Shown one piece after another: positions 1 to 11,391 of a stretch of 19,599 bases of DNA. Location of the stretch: NCBI RefSeq assembly GCF_006345805.1, contig NW_021824430.1, positions 1 through 19,599 of the forward strand. The letters run 5' to 3'. The stretch comes from Octopus sinensis. Lineage: Eukaryota. Each line of letters starts with the position of its first letter. The stretch's first letter is position 1. The notes beneath the pieces are model-generated. The model was given only the letters and a program-made list of their open reading frames with translations, was not told where the DNA came from and did no database searches. The position numbers were made by a program, and so were the translations under genes.

Positions 1-117
1 CATTTCAATTCCATGTTGCTCCAGTTCACTCAGCCTTAAATACGTAACTCCTGCAAAAGACCGATGTTCTGTTCAGAGAAAATGTTGTGATCCTTGTCAT
101 TCATATACCATTGAGTG

Positions 118-290
118 AAGGCACATAGCTCAGTGGTTAGTGTAATACAGCTCACAATTGTAAGGTCATAAGTTCGATTCCTGGTGATGCATTATGTCCT
201 TCAGCAAGACACTTTATTCCACTTTCCTCCAGTCCACTCAGCTGGCAAAAGTGAGCTCTACCTGTAACTCAAAGATCCTGCTTTGACACA
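118..290 (+). mobile_element. tRNA-derived SINE family A, 5' part (pol III head plus CORE-like segment)
   Basis: A-box TAGCTCAGTGG 126-136 and B-box GTTCGATTCC 172-181, followed by TGTCCTTCAGCAAGACACTTT (CORE-like). 210-242 resembles 1-34, a second partial copy. Confidence 0.75.
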
Positions 291-523
291 TTCTTATTTC
301 TTTATTGCCTACAAAGGCATAAACACAGAAGGGACAATCAAGGACAGACACAGGTATTGAGTCGATTACATCAACCCCAGTACATAACTGGTATTTAATT
401 TATCGACTCTGAAAGGATGAAAGGCAAAGTCAACCTCGGTGGAATTTGAACTCAGAATGTAATGGCAGGCAAAATACCGCTAAGCATTTCGCCCGGTGTG
501 CCAATGTTTCTGCCAGCTTGCTG
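291..523 (-). mobile_element. SINE family B, near full length, antisense, nested in family A copy
   Basis: Reverse complement aligns with family-B copies at 11392, 13505 and 14064 (GCTGGCAGAA...AAATGCTTAGC...TTCTGAGTTCAAATTCCACCGAGGTTGACTTTGCCTTTCATCC). Confidence 0.85.
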
Positions 524-650
524 ATTCTCCCTGAGAACTACGTTAAGGGCAAGCATGTCTGTGGAGTAATCAACCACTTGCATGTTAATTTCATGAGCAG
601 GCTGTTCCGTTGATTGGATCAACTGGAACCCTTGTTGACTTAGTTCTCCA
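524..650 (+). mobile_element. Probable 3' body of SINE family A, resumed after the nested insertion
   Basis: ATTCTCCCTGAGAACTACGTTAAGGG...GCAGGCTGTTCCGTTGATTGGATCAACTGGAACCC matches my recollection of an octopus SINE body. There is no second copy in the window to confirm it. Confidence 0.5.
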
Positions 651-820
651 GTCATACATCATGGAAACTGGGTAACTAGCCTTGTGTGTCCAAACTAGCC
701 TTATGAGTCCTAGGTCTCAAGGCAGTTCTTATTTTTTTATCTAGAGAAGGGAAGATAACACCTATGACCTTTATAACAGGTGATGGTGGTGGTGGTGGGG
801 AAAGAAAAATGGTTTCCTGG

Positions 821-905
821 ACATTGAACTCAGAATGTAGCTACAGATGAAATACTGCTAAGAATTTTACCCAGTGTGCTAACGATTCTGCCAGCTCGCC
901 GCCTT
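821..905 (-). mobile_element. SINE family B, 5' head fragment
   Basis: Reverse complement begins AAGGCGGCGAGCTGGCAGAATCGTTAGCACACTGGG; abuts (AAT)n at 906. Confidence 0.85.
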
Positions 906-935
906 AATAATAATATCAATGATGATAATAATAAT

Positions 936-970
<35 letters not shown>

Positions 971-987
971 TAATAATAATAATAATG
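906..987. repeat. (AAT)n microsatellite
   Basis: Directly visible. Confidence 0.95.
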
Positions 988-1282
988 GTAATTTCATTTC
1001 TTTTATTTGCCACTAGGGCAATGTATGAGGTGGGGAACAAAACAAAGGCATAAAGTGTGGGGGTTTACTTATATAGAAAACATTTTTTTAAATATTAAGG
1101 ACAGACAGTATATCATAAAACAAAGAAAAGAAGCATACATGGTACACAAAAGTAAAAGGAAAGAAAAGTAGGGGTAATAGGATGATAATGATACAGGAGA
1201 CCCTTTGGGGATACTCGAGGAAACCCACTGTCCAAGATCGCCCTAAGCACCAAGGGGAAAGTGCTTAGTCCAGATCTTTTTT

Positions 1283-1497
1283 AATAATCTTTTCTATTAT
1301 AGACAACTAGGCTTGGAATTATTCAGGGTGAGTAATTTACATCGACCCAACCCCAGGACAAAAATGGTACTTTTTTTTTATTGATTCCAAAAAAAACGAA
1401 AGACAAAGTTGACCATGGCAGGATTTGAACTCATAATATAAATAACGACGAGACGAAATGCTGCATGGCTTTCTAACAGTTCCGCCAGCTCACCGTC
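1283..1497 (-). mobile_element. SINE family B, degraded copy
   Basis: AATAATCTTTTCTATTATAG...TACATCGACCC...AAAGTTGACCATGGCAGGATTTGAACTCA...CCGCCAGCTCACCG is the reverse complement of the B copies at 11392-11613 and 14064-14283. Confidence 0.75.
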
Positions 1498-1744
1498 AGA
1501 AGCAACAGCGATGGCAACAGTAGCTGCAAGGGCACTGTAGCGCTTATATATATATATATGTATATGCATATGCATATGCATGTGTATGTTTAGCATATCT
1601 GCAGGCTAGTGTATAAAAAGTAGCAGCAACAGATGCAGCAGTAGTAGCAGCAGCAGCAGCAGCTCTAAGAGGAGATGCCAGGACAGTACTTTGCTACCAC
1701 CATGCCTCTTTACCATTCCCTTACAGCGTAATCATTGGATAAGG

Positions 1745-1786
1745 TATACATATAGTTACAATACATATATATACATAATACATGTA

Positions 1787-1835
<49 letters not shown>

Positions 1836-2170
1836 TATATATATATTATAATATATACATATATAAAATATAAATATATATTTACATATGTATTATATTT
1901 ATATATATGTATTGACGTGTGTGTGTGATTGTGTGATTGTGTGTGTGATTGTGTGTGTGTGTGTGTGTGTGTGTGTTGCGTATACTTGGACGTTTTGATG
2001 ATTATGTGTTGGTCTTAACACAGTTGACCTTCCAGCTTCAACTTTTGACATGCCTTTGGACTTGGGGTGAGTTACATGCGTAATTGTAATGTTAATACAT
2101 GCATATGTACATATGTGTGTGTGTGTCTGTGTGTGTGCGTGTGTTCATGTGTGAATAAATACATATGTGC

Positions 2171-2223
<53 letters not shown>

Positions 2224-2519
2224 CACATGTATATATATATATGTATATATAAATGTAAATGCATATATATACATACATATACATATATGTATATATATAA
2301 ATATATATTATGTTTAAATATATTGGTATGTATATATATGCTTATAATAAATATGTATACATATAGGTATATGCGTATATGTACGTGCATGTATATATAT
2401 ATATATATGAATATATTTGTATATATATATGCGTACAATAAATATGTATATATATAAATGTATTTGTTTATTATATGTGTGTATGCATATATTTAATTAT
2501 ATATATATAGTATACATAC

Positions 2520-2568
<49 letters not shown>

Positions 2569-2625
2569 TATACATACAGATGTATATATATATATACATG
2601 TATATATAGATATATATATATAATA

Positions 2626-2675
<50 letters not shown>

Positions 2676-2678
2676 GTA

Positions 2679-2714
<36 letters not shown>

Positions 2715-2740
2715 TGTATGTGTACATATGTCTCTATATG
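1745..2740. repeat. Compound (TA)n/(TG)n/(TATG)n microsatellite block
   Basis: Directly visible, with a short interruption ~1980-2080. Confidence 0.95.
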
Positions 2741-2759
2741 AGTGTGATTATTGGGATGA

Positions 2760-4060
2760 TGGTATGTGTGTGAACACTGATGAACACTTTTGATGACGGT
2801 GGGTGTAGTGGTGGTGGTATAGGTAGGGGTGTTGACGATACAGGTGGAAGTTAAAGGTAGCGATTAGCACAGTGTCTTACGCTTCTAATTATTCATTGTG
2901 ATGACAATGATGATAATGATGATGATGATGATGAATATATTTGGGTTGGTGGTGATGGTGGTAGTAGTGGTGGTGATGTGTTTCAATACCTGCATCTTCA
3001 CTTATGAGATCGGTGGTGGGGTATAGAGTAAGCATGGGTGTCAGTCAGAGGGGCCCTAGGAAGGAAGGTGGTTTGGGTTGGGGTTGTTACTGATAATGAT
3101 GACGATGCTGGTGATGACAATAATAATGATGATGATACAGCTATGATGATAGTTGTGATGATATGATGATGATGGTGATGATATTGATGATGATAGTGAT
3201 AACAGTGATGCTGATGACTATATAATGATGACGATGATGGTGGTGATGGTAGTGGTGATTGTGGTTGTGGTTGTGGTGGTGGTGGTGGTGGTGGTGGTGG
3301 TAGTGATGATGGTGACGATGACAATAACGATGATGATGACCACATACTGGTGAATGATGAAGGTGGCTAATTAGCTGGGATCGTTAGAACTTAAATGAAA
3401 GAGCAATCTGGTATTTTGCCACACCTCTGTGTTCTGAGTTCAAATCTAGCCAAGCTCTATTTCATTTCTCTTTTTCAATTTTTTAACAATTATCAATTGA
3501 AATAATATACCAGTCATATATTGAGGTTGGTTTTCATCAGTTAGACTCCTCCTTTCCAACTTTGGTCTTCTGCCCTTGTTAGAAAACAATGACAGTGATG
3601 ATGACGATAATGATAATGAATAATACGATGGCAGCAGTGGCAGTAGTGATGTTAGCAGAGATTGTGGTGGTAATGGTGGTGATGGTGTTGGTGGTGGTGC
3701 CGGTAGTGGTGGTTGTGGTGGTGGTGGTGGTGGTAACAGTTATGATGGTGGTGATGATGATTGTGAGAGAGGTGGTTGGAGATGAAGGTGGGAATGGTGG
3801 TGGTGGAGACAGTGGTAAATGGTGGTGGTGGCAATGGCATTAGTGGTGATGGTGGTGGCTGTGGCAGTGGTGATCGTGGCGGTTGTGGTGGTGATGATGG
3901 TGGTGATGGTAGCAATTGAGGTGGTAGTGGCAGACTTAGTGGTGGTAGTGGTGATGATGATGGTGGTGGGGATGACAGTGATAAATGGAGATGGTTGTGT
4001 TTGTGGTAGTGGTGGTGGTATTGGTCGTAGTGCTGGAGGTGCTGCTAAGTAACAACAGTG
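2760..4060. repeat. Degenerate (GAT)n/(GGT)n trinucleotide block, interrupted 3360-3590
   Basis: Directly visible. Confidence 0.9.
3359..3590 (+). mobile_element. Old, diverged family-B-like SINE
   Basis: GAAGGTGGC...GATCGTTAGAAC...GGTATTTTGCC...GTTCTGAGTTCAAATC...ATACCAGTCA is colinear with B copies. Confidence 0.55.
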
Positions 4061-4279
4061 ACGGTGTCCATGTCACTCACAGACAGCAACACGTGTAGTC
4101 GCTGTGTTGGTAATGGTAGTAGTGGTGGTGAAGTCGTTGACAGAGATGGTATTTTTGACATCACTAAAGGCATTAGTTAAGGTAGCAGTAGGAGTGATCA
4201 TAAATTTGCCGTTGTTGTTTAACCCCAGGTCACCAGCAATGAGTTTTGTTTTAAGCATGATATAATCAGGACTACAATA

Positions 4280-4376
4280 TCTAATCTTCTAATCTTTTAT
4301 CTTTTAATCTTTAATTTGTTTCAGTCATTAGTCTGCGACCATGCTAGAGCACCACCTTGAGGAATTTTAGTCAAAT
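4280..4376 (-). mobile_element. SINE family C, 3' terminal fragment
   Basis: TTGTTTCAGTCATTAGTCTGCGACCATGCTAGAGCACCACCTT matches 14358-14400, with a degenerate 8-nt tail repeat. Confidence 0.75.
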
Positions 4377-4388
4377 TTCTTTTTTTAA

Positions 4389-4638
4389 CATCAGCGATTT
4401 TGATTTGTTTACACTTGCCTCAATAGGTCTTAGCAAGCAAGCAAAGTACATTGACCAATGAATGAGGGGTACTCATAAGTGGATCAGTTGCACCCTACAT
4501 TTGGATGTGCTTGGATGTGCAAGTGCCAATCAGGTGGTACTATCATCAGCCACATCAGCAATTTTGATTTTGATTTCCCTTGCCTCAATAGGTCTTCACA
4601 GGCAAGGTCTATTGTCCAATGAGTGAGGGGTATTCATA
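4389..4638. repeat. Degenerate ~88 bp direct repeat (4389-4477 / 4553-4638), probably a retroelement remnant
   Basis: Both copies read CATCAGC.ATTTTGATTT...CTTGCCTCAATAGGTCTT...ATTG.CCAATGA.TGAGGGGTA.TCATA. Confidence 0.75.
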
Positions 4639-4759
4639 GAACCTCTTGACAAAAATGTAAAAAAAATAGAAGAGATTCTAATGAACTGACTCATATCCTC
4701 TTCTAATTGTCCTCCATGAACTCCTCTAATTAATGTTTATTTAACAAAATATACTATAC

Positions 4760-5321
4760 TAACGACATCATCATCGTCATCGTCGTTGTCGTCATTGACA
4801 ACAATAACAACAACAATAACTAACTATGGTAACCATAATGATCATCATCATCATCACCACCAACACCAACGACCTCCTCCCCTCCTCTTCCTCTTCCTCC
4901 TCTTCCTCATCATCAACATCATCATCATCATTATCATCATCACCACCGACCTCCTCTCCCTCCTCTTCTTCTTCTTCTTCCTCCTCTTCTTCCTCCTCCT
5001 CCTCCTCATCATCATCATCATCAACATCATCATCGTCATCAATATAACCCATGTCCTCATGATCATCTTTGTTAACAATTTCACTTCCCCCCACCATCAC
5101 CACCATCGTCACGACCTATAAGACATCAACAACAACAACAACAACAGCTACAGCTTAACTACTAATCACTGGGTACCATTCACAAACTCATCAACTCACC
5201 CTTTTAAACAGATCAGCAGCTACCATGATGGTGATGATGATGATGAGCAGGAGGAGAAGGGGGAAGACAACGACAATGATGATGCTAATGATGATGATAT
5301 TGATGAGGATTCTTATCACTC

Positions 5322-5354
<33 letters not shown>

Positions 5355-5911
5355 CCACCATTATTGCCATCATCATCTTCGTTATCATCATAATCACAAT
5401 CACCATCGTCATCATCGTCATCAATATTAGCATCATCATCATCATCATCATCATCATTAATTTGCCTTAATTGATGACTGATAAAGCTGCAATCAGTCGT
5501 TAATAAACTGCATCACACTCGTTAAGTGCTGCTGTTGTCAGCAAACATCTTTGTTAATTACTTATCATATTGATAAAGTTCTTGTTTATCAACAAGAAAT
5601 TATGCGAGCAATTACCACCACCGTCACCACTGCCTCCCCCATACTCCCCTCCCCCAACAACCATCACACGCACCTACTCCACTAAACACCATTCCTCATC
5701 ATCATCGTCATCATCATCATCAGCCACCATCACCATCATTATCATCATTGTCATTGCCGTCATCGTTATCAACATTATCATCATTTTCATCATCATTGTC
5801 GCCTCTGTCATCTTCATCGTCATTATCGTCATCGTTATCAGCATCATCATCAGTATCATAATTATCACCACCACTAACACCACCACCACCACCACCACCA
5901 CCACGCCACCC

Positions 5912-5942
<31 letters not shown>

Positions 5943-6050
5943 CATCATCATCACCACCACCATCACCATCATCTACCACCAGCCTGGGAAAACTAGCACT
6001 GCCATCACTGCCTCAAATGTCATTAGGTGGTGGTGGTGGTTGTGTTATAG
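4760..6050. repeat. (CAT)n/(CTC)n/(CAC)n/(AAC)n compound trinucleotide blocks
   Basis: Directly visible. Confidence 0.9.
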
Positions 6051-6139
6051 TCATCATAGTGATATTGGTATAATTGTTTGTGGTTGTATTGGTAGCAGGT
6101 AAGAGTGGTGGTGGAAGGAGTCACCGAATGTATAAGTGT

Positions 6140-6241
6140 TTAATGTATATATATATATATATGTGTGTGTGTATGTGTGTGTGTATGTGTGTGTATGTGT
6201 GTATATATATATATATAATATATATATACATATTATATATA

Positions 6242-6275
<34 letters not shown>

Positions 6276-6326
6276 CATAAATATATATACAAACATATAT
6301 ATATACATACATATACAGATATATAT

Positions 6327-6377
<51 letters not shown>

Positions 6378-6450
6378 AACAACACACATTCAACTATATA
6401 TACATATGTCTCTCTCTATATATCTATCTATATATATATATATATGTATG

Positions 6451-6485
<35 letters not shown>

Positions 6486-6860
6486 TTAGAGAAAAAAATA
6501 TATATATATACACACGCACACATGTATATATGAATGTGTGTGTGTGTGTGGAAAAATACACAACATATATATGTGTATTCATTATATATATATATATATC
6601 TATATATATATATATAAATATTGCATTCATTTATTTACGTGTGTCTTATAATATATATATATATATATTTTATATTATATATATGTATGTATGCATGTCG
6701 ATATAGATATCCTTGAGTATATAGGTGGCGAGGAAAGTGTTGGCAGTAGGGGAGGAAGAGAGATGCTCGTAGTGTTTGTTAGTCCGTGTATCTACACATG
6801 CATATTAATATATAGTATGCCTGTATGTTTATGTTTATGTGTGTGTGTGTATTTATGTAG
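6140..6860. repeat. (TA)n/(CA)n/(TG)n block
   Basis: Directly visible. Confidence 0.95.
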
Positions 6861-6959
6861 GTTAGGCAAATTGAAATTAACTTTGTGTAAGGGAAGTAAA
6901 GACACCAAACAAACAGTTTAAATAAGGAGCGAAGGAATAACAACATGCTTTAATAATCA

Positions 6960-7588
6960 AGATAATAATGTTAATGATGATAATTAGTGTTGTTATTGTT
7001 ATCATTACTGTTGTCATTTACCTTCTTCATCAACAATGCGTCGTCATTGTCGTCGTTGCTGTCCTCGCCAGCATCGCCGTTGTCATCATCATCATCATCG
7101 TCATCATCATCATCATCATCGTCATCATCATCATCGTCATCATAATCACCGTCATCATCATCATCGTCATCATCATCATCGTCATCATCGTCATCATCAT
7201 CATTATCATACCCATCATGATCTAAACCATCGTCATTATTACTACCACAACCTTGCCGCCACCACCACCACCACCACCATCACCACCACGATCATCACGA
7301 CCATCACGACAACAACAACAACCACCGCCACCACCACTACTGCTGCCACCGCTACCACCACCACCACATTCAAACACCCCACCACCATCACCACCACTAT
7401 ACCATCATCATCATTGCTGTCATCAAATTCATCATTATCGTTCACAAAGATAACGATATTGATGACAGAGATAGACAACTTTTCATAACATTGGGGACAA
7501 TGACAATAACAACATGAACACCAACAACAATAATTGCAATTATTACTACCATTACTATTATTACTATTATTACTATTATTATTATTAC

Positions 7589-7633
<45 letters not shown>

Positions 7634-7724
7634 CATTATTATCATCATCATTATGCTGATTATTGTTTTAATAACAATAGCAATAATGACGGCTAGGAGA
7701 TGAATGACATGTTGGACATTGTAT

Positions 7725-7759
<35 letters not shown>

Positions 7760-8000
7760 GTGGAGGAACGAGGAGGTGTGGAGGTGGGGGTGTAATGCGC
7801 CTTCATCATTCAGTCGAAGATTGTGACAATAAATAACAATTACAAAGAAGTAAGATAATAAGGACAAACGACTATAATAATAATGACAACAACAACAACA
7901 ACAACAACAACAACGACAACAACGACAACAACGACAACAACGACAACAACACCGACAGTAATGACACAGTAATAACGAGGATAATGAATACGGTGGTAAT
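6960..8000. repeat. Compound trinucleotide blocks: (CAT/CGT)n, (CAC)n, (TAT/TAC)n, (GAT)n, (AAC/GAC)n
   Basis: Directly visible, including (AACAACGAC)n near 7905-7950. Confidence 0.9.
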
Positions 8001-8104
8001 AATAATTCATAACGACAACAGCAAGAACAACACACCATCGATGAATGCCAACAGATGTTGGTGATGATAATGATGATGTTGATGATGATGATGATGAGGA
8101 TGAT

Positions 8105-8600
8105 GACGATGATGAAGAGGATGATGATGGAGAGAATGAATGTGGTGTTGTTGTTGTTGTTGTTGGTTGGTGGTAGTGGTGGTGATAACAGTGATGATGG
8201 TGATGACGACGACGATGATAATGATGATGATGACGACAATGATAATGATGACGATGATGATGACGATGAAGAGGATGATGACGGAGGGAATGAATGTGGT
8301 GGTGTTGATGTTGTTGTTGATGGCGGTGGTGGTGGTGGTGGTGATAACAGTGATGATGGTGATGACGACGACGATGATGTTGATGATGAAGATGATGATG
8401 ATGACGACGACGACGACGATGATGATGATGATGATGATGATAGAGAGAATGCATGTGGTGGTGTTTGTGTTGGTGTTGTTGTTGGTGGTGGCAGCAGCGG
8501 CGGTGGTGGTGGTGATAACAGTGATGATGAGAATGACGATCATGATGATGAAGATGATGATGTGGATGACGACAAGGACAACGACGATGGCGACGACGAT
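8105..8600. repeat. Three ~155-170 bp higher-order units of a compound (GAT/GGT/GTT) microsatellite
   Basis: Anchor G(A/G)GAATG(A/C)ATGTGG at 8132, 8286, 8445; anchor GGTGATAACAGTGATGATG at 8181, 8340, 8511. Confidence 0.8.
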
Positions 8601-8709
8601 TAAGATGACGATGACGACGATGGTGATGATGATTGCAATGATGATAAGGTGATTGATTTTTATCAAAGCATAGTCATAGTAATATATACAACTAAAGCTT
8701 CTATAGACA

Positions 8710-9230
8710 GGTGTATATGACCATACACGCATACATCTATGCATACACATGTGTGTGTATATATGTTTACATACATATATAATGCAGTAATACACACACA
8801 TGCTCAAACACTCATATATATATATAGAGATATAAATATATGTACGCATATATATGTATACACACACACACATACATATATTATATGTGTGTGTGTGTAT
8901 ATACATACGTACATATATATATATATATATATATGCATACATAAATATGTGCATGCATATAATATATATATATATATAAACATGAGAGTGTGTGTGTGTG
9001 TGTATTACTACATATGTATATATATGTATATATACACACATGCACACCCATATATATATATAATATATATATATATATAAATAATATATATATATATATA
9101 ATATATATATATATATAAATAATATATATATATATATATATCTAATATATATATATATATATATAATACATTCATAACATACATACATACTACATACATA
9201 CATACATACATAGTTATATACACCTTTTAT
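8710..9230. repeat. (TA)n/(CA)n/(TACA)n block
   Basis: Directly visible. Confidence 0.95.
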
Positions 9231-9469
9231 ATACACCTGACAAATGCCATGCCCGCTGAAATTATGAACAAAAACCTGAGCGGGAATCACAACAACAACT
9301 GCAACAACAACGATAAGAACAACATTATCATCATCTCGAGTTGTCATTAATATCATCCTCATCATCATCGCAACCGTCCTCATCATATTCTTCTTCATCT
9401 TAATAATATCGTCATTATAATTATGAAAACACACTGGAATGATAATATACAATAATGACTGTGACAATT

Positions 9470-9914
9470 ATGGTGGTGGTGGTTGTGGTGGTGGTGGTGG
9501 TTGTGGTGGTGGTGGTAGTGGTGGGTGGTAGTGTGGTGGTGGTGGTGGTGGTGGTGGTGGTGGTGGTTGTGGTTCGTTGTGCTACTTGTGACGATCGTCA
9601 TAATCATTATTTTGAAGTGATAATGAAGATGTGATAATGAATGTGTATATGCGAGAGTAAAGGTGGGTGGGTGGGTGGGTTGGTGAGTTGATGGGTTAGG
9701 AGGGGGGGAGAATGGAATTGAACACATTTAAATGATATTTGTTGAAGGAGATGGAATTATTTGTTAATGCAAGGGTGGTGGTGGTGGTGGGGGTGGTGGG
9801 GCGGTGACATGTGGTTGTGGTTGTGGTAGCAGCAGAATGGTAATGATGATGATGATGTTGATGATGATGATGAGGAGGGGGAGGAGAAGGAGAAGGATGC
9901 TGATGATGAAGAAG

Positions 9915-9946
<32 letters not shown>

Positions 9947-10370
9947 GCTGATGACAGCGACGACGACGACGATGATGATGATGATGATGTTGATGATGAT
10001 GAGAAGAAGGAGGAGAAGGAGAAGGATGCTGATGATGGTGATGATGACAACGACGACGATGATGATGATAATGATGGTGGTGATGATGATGATGTTGATG
10101 ACGAAGATGACAACGACGACAACGATGATGAGGTGGTGGAGGAGCAAGAGGTGGAGGAGGTGGAGTAGGAGGAGGAAGGGGAGAAGGAGGAGGAGGAGGA
10201 TGGCAATGACGATATCAGTGGCAGTGATGATGGTCGTAGTCCCTGCATTGAATGTGGTGGAGGTGATGGGAATGGTGGCAAGCAGTGATGATGATGACAA
10301 AGACAACGAGAGTGATGATGATGACGATGATGACGACAACGACATTGATGGTGGTAGTGGTGATGATGAA
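9470..10370. repeat. (GGT)n/(GAT)n/(GAG)n compound block
   Basis: Directly visible. Confidence 0.9.
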
Positions 10371-10593
10371 TGAAATGATGGTTTCTTCCATTGGACACAA
10401 GACCACATTTCTTGTTACAAGAGGAAGCATGCATGCATGTGTGTGTGTGTGTGTGTGTATGGAGGGTGGTAAGGTCAGTTTGAACACCACAACAAACCAA
10501 CTTATTTATAGTTTATCGTACAACTTCTATAACACCGCCAATTTAAACTGACTCCTCAGGTGGTTTTGAATACAGAATATAAAGATACAAGAC

Positions 10594-10762
10594 TTTTTTT
10601 TTATTATTCCTAAAGACCCTACAATCATTGGTACTGTAGTCGCCTTGAGATGCCACATTTTTTCAATTTCTGTAAGCAAGTCTTTATATTTACTGATCTT
10701 GTCAAATTCTTTCATCGCAAGGAATACTCATGTCAAATAAACACACCTTTTTTGTCTGGTCT
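10594..10762 (-). pseudogene. Degraded R4/Dong-type RLE endonuclease fragment (family Dong-1-like, older copy)
   Basis: Minus strand reads RPDK, then CLFDMSIPC (frameshifted), then KEFDKISKYKDLLTEIEKMWHLKATTVPMIVGSLGIIKK. The last segment is 31/39 aa identical to the copy at 10988-11218. Internal deletions; no 3' UTR. Confidence 0.8.
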
Positions 10763-10810
10763 TTTATAATAATAATAAAAAAAAATTTATTATTATTATT
10801 ATTATTATCA

Positions 10811-11220
10811 CTTTTTTTTTCTTCTTTCAAATTTGCTTCCATTTCTTGCCGAGTGTCTTCCCGACTCCTAGGGCAAAGAAACTCATAGTATACATTGCTA
10901 GGCCATTAAACTAAACTCAATAGTTCGTTCATTTTTTGTTTTGTTTTTTTTTAAAGTTAAATTAAAATACATGGGTAGTAATAGTTCTCACATCGACAAT
11001 GCTCTTCTCAATACGTGTGATGTACCAGTTAAGACAATCTTTTGCACTTCTTGCAGGGATGGTAAGCCAGGGATCATTCTCATATAATTTTCGGTTCCCT
11101 TCTTGATCATTCCTAGTGCTCCTACGATCACTGGTATTGTAACCGCCTTGAGATGCCACATTTTCTCAATTTCAATGAGTAGGTCTTTATATTTTCTGAG
11201 CTTGTCAAACTCTTTTGCTG
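10811..11220 (-). mobile_element. 5'-truncated R4/Dong-type non-LTR retrotransposon (family Dong-1): RLE C-terminus plus 3' UTR, flanked by (TAA)n on both sides
   Basis: Open frame 11218-10988, then ~175 nt 3' UTR ending GCCCTAGGAGTCGGGAAGACACTCGGCAAGAAATGGAAGCAAATTTGAAAGAAG-A-run, then (TAA)n. Confidence 0.85.
10988..11218 (-). pseudogene. RLE endonuclease C-terminal fragment (76 aa + stop), not in the ORF track
   Basis: Manual translation: AKEFDKLRKYKDLLIEIEKMWHLKAVTIPVIVGALGMIKKGTENYMRMIPGLPSLQEVQKIVLTGTSHVLRRALSM*. It carries the KxxKY and P-x-I-V-G-A-L-G motifs of R4/Dong-type RLE domains. Confidence 0.85.
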
Positions 11221-11237
11221 TATTATTATTATTATTA

Positions 11238-11275
<38 letters not shown>

Positions 11276-11391
11276 GTTGTTGTTGTTGTTATAATTATTT
11301 ATGGTTTCCTTCCATTATAACTTTTATTTCTGCTGTCTTACTACCGGGCAACCTCCGGAGGCAAAGAGTAGTAAGGGTTATTATTGTTATC

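Noticed and set aside
118-195. tRNA gene
   Set aside because: A and B boxes are present, but there is no pairable acceptor stem and it runs into a SINE body, so it is a tRNA-derived SINE head.
8007-9467. 486-aa minus-strand ORF
   Set aside because: Stop-free only because it crosses (TA)n and trinucleotide tracts; poly-IY/I/V/T composition with no domain.
9665-9710. Telomeric repeat
   Set aside because: GGGT units, not TTAGGG arrays; only one GGGTTAGG-like word.
2067-10500. Numerous poly-His, poly-Ser, poly-Pro, poly-Met, poly-Ile and YIYI ORFs
   Set aside because: Translations of microsatellites in several overlapping frames on both strands; no coding evidence.
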